Positions 1-9,165 of a stretch of 24,526 nt of DNA are shown piece after piece (the first letter of the stretch is position 1; every line of letters starts with the position of its first letter). The translations under genes were made by a program, and so were the position numbers. A model generated the notes under the pieces. It ran no database searches. It was not told the origin of the DNA and worked only from the letters and a program-made list of their open reading frames with translations. Source of the DNA: Rhizaria sp. SCN 62-66 (lineage: Eukaryota); contig MEDY01000004.1 of NCBI GenBank assembly GCA_001724265.1, positions 310,001 to 334,526 on the forward strand. Reading direction: 5' to 3'.

Positions 1-1353
1 CCCGCCCCGGCCCCTGCCAACGCCCCCGCGACCGCCAGTGCTGGCGCGAGTGCGGCGCGGCCGCAGGTGCAGTATCCCCACGCAGCCACGCTCTACATCG
101 CGCGTCAAGATCCTGCGTATCCTTCCTCTTCCTCATCATCCTCGTCGTCGTCGTCTTCATCGTCTTCTGCGGCCACCGGCGCTGTTAACGCGGGTTCCGG
201 TGTGACCGCCGCCGGCGCCGGCGCCGCCGTTGTCGCCCCGTGGCTGTACCTGGCTGTGCGCGCGCACGGCCCCGCGCCCGCCGCGGCGCGCCTCACCGCG
301 CGCGGGCTCGCCGCGGGCTCCGCTGACCACAACAGCGCGCTCGAGGCAGTTAAACTCTCGCGCGGGCTCGCCCACAGCGACGGTGCCAGCAGCCCCGTCG
401 CCGTCGCGGCGCCCGCCCCGGGGCCCGGTGACTGCGCCAACTGCGGTGCCGCTGTGCCTGCGGCCGCGATGACGATGCACCGGCTGCAGTGCGCGCGGCT
501 CAACTTCCGCTGCCCCGACCCACGGTGCGGCGTGGTGCTCGAGGCCCGGCTCAAGGCCGACCACGGCCACTGCCCGCACTGCGCGCTGCCCGTCCCGCCG
601 CGCCTGCTGCAGAAGCACGTCGCGCTGCTGCACGAGCCCGCGCGCTGCGGCGCGTGCGACGCGGCCGTGGCGCCGCCGCGCGCGCTCGCGGAACACCTGC
701 GGCACGCGTGCCCGCTGCGACTGCGCGCGTGCGGGTCGTGCGGCGCCGACTTCCCCAGCCGGGACCTCGCGGCGCACGAGCAGGCGTGCAGCGCCAAGAC
801 GCGCCCATGCCGTGTGTGCGGCGCGCGAGTAACGGGGTTGGCGATGCCTACACACCTCGCGCTCGAGCACGGCGTGCTGGCCGACGGCAGCGCGGACCTG
901 CACGGCGCGCCGGCCGCGGGCGCCAACGGCAGCGCTGGCGTCGGCGCTGGTGCGGGCGAGAGCGGGATCGACGACCTGCTAAGCGACCCGAGGTACGTGG
1001 AGTTCCTCTCGAGCTCGGTGCAGAGCCCCACTGCTCAGAGCTCCACTGCAGCAAACGGCAGTGCGAACGGCGCTCCGAGCTCCAGTTCTATCTCGAGTGC
1101 TAAGTTGGCGGCCGGCATCAGCGGTGTCTCTTTGGCGTCCCCTACGCCCGCCGCCGCTGCCGCTGCTGCTGCGGCTGCTGCAGTCGTGACGAGTCCCTTC
1201 GCGGCCGCGGGCGGCGACGACGACAGCTGGGGCGACGGCGCCGCGGCCGCCGCGGAGGGCGTGTGCACGTACTGCGGACTCGCGGGGCTCGGCTACGATG
1301 CGCTCGTGGACCACATGGAGGTCTGCGCCGCCGCTGGGGACGACGGGTTTTGA
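1..1353 (+). CDS. 3' part of a multi-zinc-finger protein (TRAF-type/XAF1/TRAFD1-like fingers; resembles the C-terminal half of UFD1-domain + Zn-finger proteins); 5'-truncated by the window edge
   Basis: Frame 1 is open from base 1 to TGA at 1351-1353; the ORF-track start at 67 is only a GTG. It has tandem Cys/His motifs: CANC..MH..QCAR.N..C...CG, HCPHC..KH...H, CGAC..H...ACP.R...CGSC..HE..C...T..C..CG..H...EH, and a final CTYC..H...C. Poly-Ser and poly-Ala low-complexity linkers are present. Confidence 0.75.
   Translation, partial: PAPAPANAPATASAGASAARPQVQYPHAATLYIARQDPAYPSSSSSSSSSSSSSSSAATGAVNAGSGVTAAGAGAAVVAPWLYLAVRAHGPAPAAARLTARGLAAGSADHNSALEAVKLSRGLAHSDGASSPVAVAAPAPGPGDCANCGAAVPAAAMTMHRLQCARLNFRCPDPRCGVVLEARLKADHGHCPHCALPVPPRLLQKHVALLHEPARCGACDAAVAPPRALAEHLRHACPLRLRACGSCGADFPSRDLAAHEQACSAKTRPCRVCGARVTGLAMPTHLALEHGVLADGSADLHGAPAAGANGSAGVGAGAGESGIDDLLSDPRYVEFLSSSVQSPTAQSSTAANGSANGAPSSSSISSAKLAAGISGVSLASPTPAAAAAAAAAAAVVTSPFAAAGGDDDSWGDGAAAAAEGVCTYCGLAGLGYDALVDHMEVCAAAGDDGF
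124..168 (+). repeat. Poly-serine tract (15 TCN codons) inside the Zn-finger gene
   Basis: tcc tct tcc tca tca tcc tcg tcg tcg tcg tct tca tcg tct tct, in frame. Confidence 0.9.
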
Positions 1354-1751
1354 CGGCAGTGAAAGTACGGTTATTGTGCTTTTGTGATGCCATATTGGAA
1401 GTGGTCGTCCGGATGACTTGTGAAATCATATGTTCGCTTTGATGACTAAGAGCCCTGGACTTCGGCACTGTGTAATACATGTGCATCTGTATTTAGTCGC
1501 ATGGAAGGGAGTGACCTCGTGCATATCGTGGATAAATCGTCGAGTGTATGAAGCGTGCACTGGCCGCAAATCGTATCATTCTGGCGATATCTGGGATAAG
1601 TCGAAGTTTATTGATCTGCGTTTCAGTAGGAGCATGGTTGGACGTGCTTTTCCCAACCTCGACGGCTTCTCTCGAAAGGTGGAAACTGCACTGACGTGTA
1701 TCCAAAACTGCGTACACTACGTCGTGTAAAGTAAACTGACACTGGTGAAAC

Positions 1752-1775
1752 TAGCCTACAAGTTAGCCTACAAGT
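1752..1775. repeat. Perfect 12-bp tandem duplication (tagcctacaagt x2) in intergenic DNA
   Basis: Read directly at 1752-1763 and 1764-1775. Confidence 0.9.
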
Positions 1776-2455
1776 CTCACCAAATGATGACACAAGCTCC
1801 GCACATACCGATGACAAAAAACATCTCAGCGATGCTGACAAGCACGTGATCTTCGACTCGGCGACGAGCGAATAACTGAAACAGCGACAAATAAAATGTA
1901 GGTCTTCCAAATTTCCTGTTCGAAACACTATCGTCACAAATGCGACACTTGCAGCTTCAATAAAGATCGATGTTCGTCCCGTTTCACGGGCAAAGAGCAA
2001 GACAACAACAAGCATAGAACATTGCACGCGTAGCACTCATCCTCAACGATGATGCCGTTTGTGAAGAAGGTGCTTGTACACGTGCGATGCAAAGTCGTGT
2101 CCGTGTCGTCTGCTATCTTGGTCGCCCTCATGGTAATGTCGCTGGCAACTCAATAAAAGACTCTCAATCGCAGGTGATGTGTGATCCTTCATTCAAACTA
2201 TTTTGAACCCCGCAGCTTGACAAAACAAGACAGCACGACGCGGGCACAGCAAATATGGAGCTGGTGACTACGTCTGAACAGTTGAACCTTCAGCAGGCAC
2301 GTCCGGCACTAACAGTAGAAAGTGTCCATAGAGACACATACACATATTTTGATCATATTATTTTACATTAAAAGACAAACGTGTGCAATTTGTTTTGAAG
2401 TGTATATCATATTCTCAGTGACGATTTAAATCTTGCGAACACACTCACCGTAGAA

Positions 2456-4861
2456 ATGCTGCACCGCCTCGGTGCTGGTGTCGCCCGCACCGTCGCCGCT
2501 CGCAGCAGCTGTAGCCTGGCGATACGCTCTGCACGCCTGGCTCCTGTCCTGCCTCAGTCCTCTACACTTCTTGCCGGTGTCCCTTTCAGCACCCCGTCTG
2601 GCATCCTCTGCGGCCCCTCCGTACCACCCATCGCTGCGCAGACCGCTATGTCTCCCGCCCACGGTCACCCGCACAGCACCTCAAGTGCGCGCTTCAGCGT
2701 CTTTGCTGGCGCCACCACCTTTGCCGACGACCCAAACGCGCCCGCCGCGACTGCGCGCGTGTACTCTCCCCGCGAAAACGCCGTTCTCTCTGTGTTGTGC
2801 AGCGTCAAGCACCCCGAGGACGGCGTGGACATCGTGCTGCGGTCGATGGTGCGCGACGTCGTCGTCCGGGATGGCGTCGTCTCGATCGCGCTCGTGCTCG
2901 ACCAGCACTACCGCGCGCTCAAGAAGGCCATTGACGCCGCGCTCATGGCGTCCCCGCTCAGCGCCACCGTCGCGGCTGCGCCAAACACGGACACATCATC
3001 TTCATCGTCATCATCGCCTTCGAGTTCAACGGCATCTGGCTCAGCCTCTGTGTCGTCGTTTGCCGCCCGCTCTGCCGCTATCCCTTTCATGTCTTCGAAG
3101 CTCTCCGCTGCAACCCCGCCGACTGCCACCGCTCTTGCAACTGCAACTGCGACTGCGAATGCGAGCCGCCCCGCTACACACGGCTGGCTGCACACGGTGC
3201 GCGTGTCGATCGCGCCCGCGTCTGACGCGGAGCTGGCCGCGCTCTCCCCCTCGGCCGCCCGCCGTGTCGGCACCACCGTCGCCGCGGCCTCCGCCGGCGG
3301 CGGCGGGCACCGACAGGGCGCCATCACATCCCCTGGCGCGGTGGGGCCGCGTGGACTGGCCAAGGTCAAAAACGTCATCGCCGTGTCCAGCGGCAAGGGC
3401 GGCGTCGGAAAGTCCACCGTCGCAGTCAACCTTGCGTACGCGCTTGCGGCGCTTAGCAGCGGGAGCGCGAACAGCACGAGCATGGGCAGCGACAGCGGTG
3501 ACGGCGCTGCGGCCGAGTCGGCTGGCGCTGAGTCGACAGCGCTGCCCGTGCGCGTCGGCATCCTGGACGCCGACATCCACGGGCCCTCGCTGCCAGTCAT
3601 GACGTCCCCGGCCTTGCGCCGCCTGCGCGAGTTTAAGACCGAAGCCAACGATTCGCTAATCGAGCCCCTGGTGTACGAGGGCGTCAAGCTTATGTCCTAC
3701 GGCTTCGTCCCGCCCTCGCGCGTGATCCTCGCCGGCGACGCCGCGCCCTCGGCCGCGGCTGACGGACTCGACTCGCCCGCGGCAGCCGGATCCGCGGCCA
3801 TTATGCGCGGGCCCATGGTCGCGCAGCTGGTGAATGAACTAGCCACGCGCACGCACTGGGGCGAACTCGACTACTTGGTCATCGACATGCCGCCGGGCAC
3901 GGGCGACATCGCGCTCACACTCACGCAGAACGTCAAGATCACCGGCGCCGTTGTCGTTACTACGCCGCAGAAGCTTGCCTTTGTCGACGTCGCCAAGGGC
4001 GTCGAGCTCTTCGACAAGACGCGTGTACCTGTATTAGCCGTGGTAGAGAACATGGCCTACTACGCGCCCCCCGCGGCCCCGCGTGAGCGCCACTTCCTCT
4101 TCGGCTCCTCGCAGCGATTTGTGAGCAAGCTGCGCGCCGAGTGGGGGCTGAGCGACGTGTTCCAGCTCCCCGTGGTGCCGCAGGTGGCCGCGCAGGGCGA
4201 CGCGGGGGAGCCGTTCGTGCTTGCTGCGCAGGCCTTGCTCGACAAAACCGCCTCCGAAACCACGAACAGCACTGGCGTCAATGGCAGCACAAATGCAGGT
4301 GATCAGCAGAGCAAGAGTGCCGGTGCGAGCTCGAGTGTGAGCGACGACGGCGGGTTTATCGACGTCTTCACCGCGGCCCCCGCGCAGGTGGCGCAGGCGC
4401 GTGATGTGTACGCGGATCTCGCTGCACTCGTGGCCGCGAGCTGCGCGCCCGAGGCCAAGGCGCGTCGCGCGCGGCTGGACTACAACATCGCGTACTCGCG
4501 GCAGAGCAACGAGGTGGTGCTCATTCCGCAGCAGCACCAGCAGCTGCAGCAGGCGCTCTCCTCGGGCACCGCCTCCGAGTCTGCCGCTGACGCAGCCGTC
4601 GATGCGGACACCGCGGGTGAGCTTGTGATCGACCCGCGCGAGCTGCGGCTGGCGTGCAAGTGCGCGGCGTGCGTGCACGAGTGGACGGGGCAGCCGCTGC
4701 TCAAGCCGCGCAACGTGCCGCAAGACGTCTCGCCCAAGACCTTCACGCCACGCGGCCAGTACGCGGTCGCCGTGACGTGGAGCGACGGGCACCAGGCCAG
4801 CATGTACCCATGGACACAGCTGCTAGGGCTCGCGAAGAAGCGTGGACATCAGCAGGGTTGA
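2456..4861 (+). CDS. HCF101: HCF101-type Fe-S cluster scaffold (DUF59/MIP18-like + Mrp/NBP35 P-loop NTPase + DUF971/GBBH-like), probably mitochondrion-targeted
   Basis: 801-aa ORF from ATG to TGA. Mrp/NBP35 motifs: IAVSSGKGGVGKSTVAVNLA (GKGGVGKST at 3392-3418), DADIHGPS, MSYGF, RGPMV, LDYLVIDMPPGTGD, VTTPQ, ENM. The N-terminal segment VLSVLCSVKHPEDGVDIV...VRDV is DUF59-like. The C-terminal segment LRLACKCAACVHEWTG...GQYAVAVTWSDGH.SMY is DUF971-like. The N-terminus is Arg/Ser/Ala/Leu-rich and lacks acidic residues. Confidence 0.9.
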   Translation: MLHRLGAGVARTVAARSSCSLAIRSARLAPVLPQSSTLLAGVPFSTPSGILCGPSVPPIAAQTAMSPAHGHPHSTSSARFSVFAGATTFADDPNAPAATARVYSPRENAVLSVLCSVKHPEDGVDIVLRSMVRDVVVRDGVVSIALVLDQHYRALKKAIDAALMASPLSATVAAAPNTDTSSSSSSSPSSSTASGSASVSSFAARSAAIPFMSSKLSAATPPTATALATATATANASRPATHGWLHTVRVSIAPASDAELAALSPSAARRVGTTVAAASAGGGGHRQGAITSPGAVGPRGLAKVKNVIAVSSGKGGVGKSTVAVNLAYALAALSSGSANSTSMGSDSGDGAAAESAGAESTALPVRVGILDADIHGPSLPVMTSPALRRLREFKTEANDSLIEPLVYEGVKLMSYGFVPPSRVILAGDAAPSAAADGLDSPAAAGSAAIMRGPMVAQLVNELATRTHWGELDYLVIDMPPGTGDIALTLTQNVKITGAVVVTTPQKLAFVDVAKGVELFDKTRVPVLAVVENMAYYAPPAAPRERHFLFGSSQRFVSKLRAEWGLSDVFQLPVVPQVAAQGDAGEPFVLAAQALLDKTASETTNSTGVNGSTNAGDQQSKSAGASSSVSDDGGFIDVFTAAPAQVAQARDVYADLAALVAASCAPEAKARRARLDYNIAYSRQSNEVVLIPQQHQQLQQALSSGTASESAADAAVDADTAGELVIDPRELRLACKCAACVHEWTGQPLLKPRNVPQDVSPKTFTPRGQYAVAVTWSDGHQASMYPWTQLLGLAKKRGHQQG

Positions 4862-5323
4862 AAAACGAAAGCTTGTCGCTTGTTCTCCGTGAGGGACTGC
4901 GTCGCTAAACGTTCGAAACACCGAAAGTGACATATCGATGGATATGCTGGCTATACGGTGGGCCATGTGACGAAATGCGATGGTTTTGTATTTATAAAAA
5001 TTATTTAAAATGTGATCCAATACAAATTTGCAATTATAATCACGTCAGACTGTGGGAGCGCTTGAAATTGGTCTCTCTTCAAGTCGGGAAATGATTGGCT
5101 GACGCGGTGGGTCTGGCCCGTCGAACAAAGTTAGGCCGCCATCTCGCCGCCTCAAGCGAAACAAAGATCAGAAAAGTGCGCTTGTAGCCCTGGACATGGC
5201 AATGTAGAGACTTTAATATTTAATTATGGGAAAATCGCATTGCGAAGCATGCTCGGGATAATCCGCTGCATTGCTGTCGGTTATATTCCCTGACCTAGAA
5301 GCACCTTTTGTGCTGTGCTCACC

Positions 5324-5482
5324 GTGAGCTCTCACGTCCTCTGGACTTTCACTCCGGGCGCGGTTTCTGACATCTGCCAAACTATTCGTTCATTCTAGCA
5401 AATCTCCCACTATTTTACGGCCACTAATCTCACATCTCTTATCACTCCGGGCTGTATCCACGCGTTTCTTCCTTTGCTGTAG
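5324..5482 (+). other. Putative 5'-UTR spliceosomal intron of the DLD gene (159 nt)
   Basis: Donor GTGAGC at 5324, CTAAT at 5424, pyrimidine tract tttcttcctttgctgtAG ending at 5482, 9 nt before the ATG. Its size resembles the SEC22 introns. There is no reading-frame constraint to confirm it. Confidence 0.5.
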
Positions 5483-5491
5483 AGTCTCACA

Positions 5492-6967
5492 ATGTTCGCC
5501 AAGAACGTGTCCACTCGCATCTCCCCCGTCTCGCGCTTCGCCCGCAAGTTCTCCGCCGGCGCGGCCAAGAAGTACGACGTCGTCGTCATCGGCGGTGGCC
5601 CCGGTGGCTACGTCGCCGCCATCAAGGGCGCGCAGCTCGGCCTCAAGGTCGCGTGCGTCGAGATGGACGCCGTCGGCGGCACCTGCCTGAACCGCGGCTG
5701 CATCCCCTCCAAGGCTCTGCTCAACGCCACTCACCACTACATCGATGCCAAGACCCACTACAAGGATTTCGGCATCATGGGCGGCGAGAACCTCACCATG
5801 GACTACACCAAGCTGCACGCGCAGAAGGCCACCACGGTCACGGGCCTCGTCAAGGGCATCGAGGGCCTGTTCAAGAAGAACAAGGTCGACCACGTCAAGG
5901 GCCTCGGCAAGCTCTCCGGCAAGAACGCCGTCTCCGTCACCCGCGCCGACGGCACCACCGAGGTGCTCAACACCGAGAACATCCTCATCGCCACCGGCTC
6001 CGTGCCCTTCGTGCCCCCGCAGATCCAGGTCGACGAGAAGATCGTCGTCACCTCGACCGGCGCGCTCCAGCTCGAGAAGATCCCGCAGACCATGATCGTC
6101 GTTGGCGGCGGCGTCATCGGCCTCGAGCTCGGCTCCGTGTACCAGCGCCTCGGCACCCAGGTCACCGTCGTCGATCACAACGACCGCTGCACGCCCTCGC
6201 TCGACTCTGACATCGGCAAGGCCTTCCAGAAGTCGCTCGAGAAGCAGAGTTTCAAGTTCGAGTTCGGCCAGAAGGTCGACAAGGTTGTCAACAACGGCAA
6301 TGGCGCGTCCGTGACCATCACCGCCCACAAGGACGGCACCACCAAGACCCTCAACGCCGACGTCGTGCTCGTGTCTACAGGCCGCCGCCCGTACTCTGAC
6401 GGCCTCGGCCTCGACGTGCTCGGCATCCAGGCCGACGAGCGCGCGCGCATCAAGATCGACTCGCACTTCCGCACTAACGTGCCCAACGTGTATGCCATCG
6501 GCGACGTTGTTGCGGGCCCCATGCTCGCGCACAAGGCCGAGGAGGAGGGCATCGCGGCCGTCGAGATCATGGCCGGCAAGCACGGCCACGTCAACTACGA
6601 CGCCATCCCCGGCGTCATCTACACCCACCCCGAGGTCGCCTCTGTGGGCAAGACCGAGGAGGAGCTTAAGGCCGCGGGCGTCGACTTTAAGGCCGGCAAG
6701 TTCCCCTTCATGGCCAACTCGCGCGCGCGCGCCAACCAGGACGCCGACGGCCTCGTCAAGATCCTTGTCGATGCTAAGACGGACCGCGTGCTGGGCGCGC
6801 ACATCATCGGCCCCAACGCCGGCGAGCTCATCGCGGAGCTGGTGCTGGCTATGGAGTACGGCGCCTCGTCCGAGGACGTCGCGCGCACGTGCCATGCCCA
6901 CCCCACGCTCTCCGAGGCCGTCAAGGAGGCCTGCCTCGCCGCCCACGGCAAGCCCATCCACTTCTAA
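5492..6967 (+). CDS. DLD: Dihydrolipoamide dehydrogenase (E3 / glycine cleavage L protein), mitochondrial precursor
   Basis: 491-aa ORF from ATG to TAA. FAD motif DVVVIGGGPGGYVAAIK, redox disulfide GGTCLNRGCIPSK, NAD motif GGGVIGLELG, IGDVVAGPMLAHKA, catalytic HPTLSE. The N-terminus MFAKNVSTRISPVSRFARKFS is a basic presequence. Codons end overwhelmingly in C or G. Confidence 0.97.
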   Translation: MFAKNVSTRISPVSRFARKFSAGAAKKYDVVVIGGGPGGYVAAIKGAQLGLKVACVEMDAVGGTCLNRGCIPSKALLNATHHYIDAKTHYKDFGIMGGENLTMDYTKLHAQKATTVTGLVKGIEGLFKKNKVDHVKGLGKLSGKNAVSVTRADGTTEVLNTENILIATGSVPFVPPQIQVDEKIVVTSTGALQLEKIPQTMIVVGGGVIGLELGSVYQRLGTQVTVVDHNDRCTPSLDSDIGKAFQKSLEKQSFKFEFGQKVDKVVNNGNGASVTITAHKDGTTKTLNADVVLVSTGRRPYSDGLGLDVLGIQADERARIKIDSHFRTNVPNVYAIGDVVAGPMLAHKAEEEGIAAVEIMAGKHGHVNYDAIPGVIYTHPEVASVGKTEEELKAAGVDFKAGKFPFMANSRARANQDADGLVKILVDAKTDRVLGAHIIGPNAGELIAELVLAMEYGASSEDVARTCHAHPTLSEAVKEACLAAHGKPIHF

Positions 6968-7348
6968 GTCCAATGCGCGAGGCTGCAGACTGGCTGGAGT
7001 GTGGTAAGAGTGAGCGAATGAGCGCGTATGTTATAGAGAAAGATAAACAAGTGTGAAACTGTGAGTTGGGCGAGCGAGCTCCGGCTCTCGTGTGCGGGCA
7101 GTGTTCTGCAGCAGCAACAACGAGAGGAAGTGAGTGAGCTTGGAAGTGTGGGAAGGCGTGGATTGATGATGATATTCCGGCAACGCAGCGGCGACGATTA
7201 AAAAAACAACGATGGCACTGCACTGCGCAAGCATGAATGCAATGGTGTCTTTGACTCATGTTGTCGTGTGAGTTGACCTCCTTTGTCTGTGTGTCCCCAC
7301 TATTTATTTCATTAGATCATCAATACACATCATGATCATTATTGCTTT

Positions 7349-7370
7349 AAAAAAAAAAAAAAAAAAAAAA
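7349..7370 (+). repeat. A22 homopolymer between DLD and SEC22
   Basis: 22 consecutive A. Confidence 0.9.
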
Positions 7371-7781
7371 TAACACCCTCTTCAATCAACGATGTTTGTA
7401 CTAACGATATTGCTCATGAAATTGCGTTTGTGGTAGTTGGCTGCGTGACGACGCTCCGCCCAATCGCCGGCGAGTGTGTGGCTGCTGACTCGGCCGACTT
7501 TTCGGATGGTTGATCTAGACATCTTGGTCGTAAAACTTGAATGTGGCTTGACTTTATATTAGACCCGTTTGTTTTAATTTTAATTCTCTTTTTACACGCC
7601 TTCTTGAAATTGTTGAAGCAGTCTAAATTGTCGCTCCCTCTCGCTGACATTCTTCTCGACTCTCTCCCTCGCCACAGAGCCTTCTTCGCAGTCCTTTCCA
7701 GCTGACCTAAACGCACTTCCCTACCAGTCGTGTGTTTTATCTTTCTTGCGTAAGCCGTTTAACTACCCCGAGCCCCGTCAG

Positions 7782-8697
7782 ATGGCCAGTCGCAACCTGA
7801 CGACATTCATCGCCCGCGCGAGCGACGCGCTCATGGTTGTTGCCACCATGGACAACAACTTTGAGTCCGAAGGTTCGTTCTCACACCTCACCACAACTGG
7901 ACCCAAACGAACTTTACTTTCTGATAGAGTATTTCACTGGATGATCTTCTAAATTATCCTCTTACATTCACCTAACACTCTGTTTCTGCTCTCCTATTTC
8001 ACCCGCAGACATCAAGTCCCACGCCAAGAAGATCATCAAGTCGCTCTCGCCCGACTCCCCCGCCAAGTGCATCATGGAGGGCGGCGACGTGCTTTACGCC
8101 TACCTGCTCGACCAGGGCGTGATGTACTTGACCGTGACAGACCGTTCGTTCCCGCGCTTCGTGATCTTTGAGTACTTGCGTGAGCTCGCATCGGCCTTCT
8201 CGCTCGAGTTCGGCACGTCGGTCCCGCTCTTCAACCGCCCGTTCGCAGCCGTGTCGTTCGACACCACGCTCGAACAGATTCGCCGTCGCTTTATGGACCC
8301 GCAGTCGCAGGGTGGGCACGGCATGCAACGTCTCAACAACAACCTGGCCGAGATTCATGACATTATGAGCCGCAACATCAATGACATCGTCAACCGTGGC
8401 GACAGGCTCTCAGGTACGCCGCCAAACAATGAGCTCTCCAAGTTTCATGTAGTGATAAAACAGCATATTATGTCTTTTGCAAGACACTGGGATCTTACTT
8501 TCTTTGTGCCTTGTTTTCCTCTGTTTTGTTTTGTTTCCTTAGACATCGAGAACCGGTCGAACCAGATCCTGGCCGACTCGCGCGCCATCAAGAAGCACGC
8601 TAAGTACGCCAACTTCCTCTCCATGATCAAGGCTTGGGGGCCCGCCATTGCGGCCGTGGTTGTCATCATGTTTGTGCTCTATTTCCGGTTTAAGTAA
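7782..8697 (+). CDS. SEC22: SEC22 longin R-SNARE; exons 7782..7872, 8009..8413, 8543..8697 (216 aa)
   Basis: The spliced product starts MASRNLTTFIARASDALMVVATMD. The longin domain includes YLLDQGVMYLTVTDRSFPR..FEYLREL...F and RPFAAVSFDT. The SNARE motif LNNNLAEIHDIMSRNINDIVNRGDRLSDIENRS has the zero-layer Arg, and the C-terminal TM is AIAAVVVIMFVLYF. Joining the exons at GT-AG sites preserves the frame (651 nt including TAA). Confidence 0.93.
7873..8008 (+). other. SEC22 intron 1 (136 nt, phase 1)
   Basis: GTTCGT donor, CTAAC branch point at 7972, pyrimidine tract and CAG acceptor. It is needed to join the two coding frames. Confidence 0.92.
8414..8542 (+). other. SEC22 intron 2 (129 nt, phase 1, in-frame and stop-free)
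   Basis: GTACGC donor, T-rich tract and TAG acceptor. Removing it restores a contiguous SNARE helix (RGDRLS-DIENRS). Confidence 0.9.
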
Positions 8698-9165
8698 GCG
8701 AACGTTCTCGTTCTTGTGCGCGGAAAGAGGAAGATGATAACAATGTGTAACTTGAAGTAGCGTTGCGCTGGCTTTGTGGGAGACCGTGTTGTGCCGTATA
8801 ATTGACTCTGTTAGGTATTATATTTTGTATCGGATTGAATTGTTTGTATATGAACTTTTAAATACACCTCATTTGCTTAATGAAAGTAGCTCCGTGGCGA
8901 TGTCCTTCCATTTGTGCGTTTTGACGGATCGCATAGAGTCACCAGCGAGGCAAGGATCTTTTGATTATGATAGCCGTTGGCTCTCAAACTTTCATCTCGG
9001 ACATCTCCGTGGTTGTATCGTCATTTGTGCTGCGAGTTTCTGAACATGTGCCTAAATGTTATTTTCTCTTCAGTTTTTAAACCACATTTTGAAACACACT
9101 TTGTACCTCCCTCCATTGACACACCAGTTTTACCTTAGTCACATCACAAAGCTCGTCTCATCGAG

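Noticed and set aside
1430-2131. Short ORFs on both strands between the Zn-finger gene and HCF101
   Set aside because: They are AT-richer and lack the codon bias or motifs of the real genes. The minus-strand ORFs I checked (1623..2036, 1934..2131) end at TGA, so TAG readthrough does not extend them.
5390-6973. 527-aa antisense ORF covering DLD
   Set aside because: It is a shadow ORF in codon register with DLD. The strong C/G-ending codon bias avoids TTA/CTA/TCA and so removes antisense stops. It has no recognisable motifs.
8074-8697. 207-aa single-exon ORF as the SEC22 model
   Set aside because: It misses exon 1 and part of exon 2, and translates intron 2.
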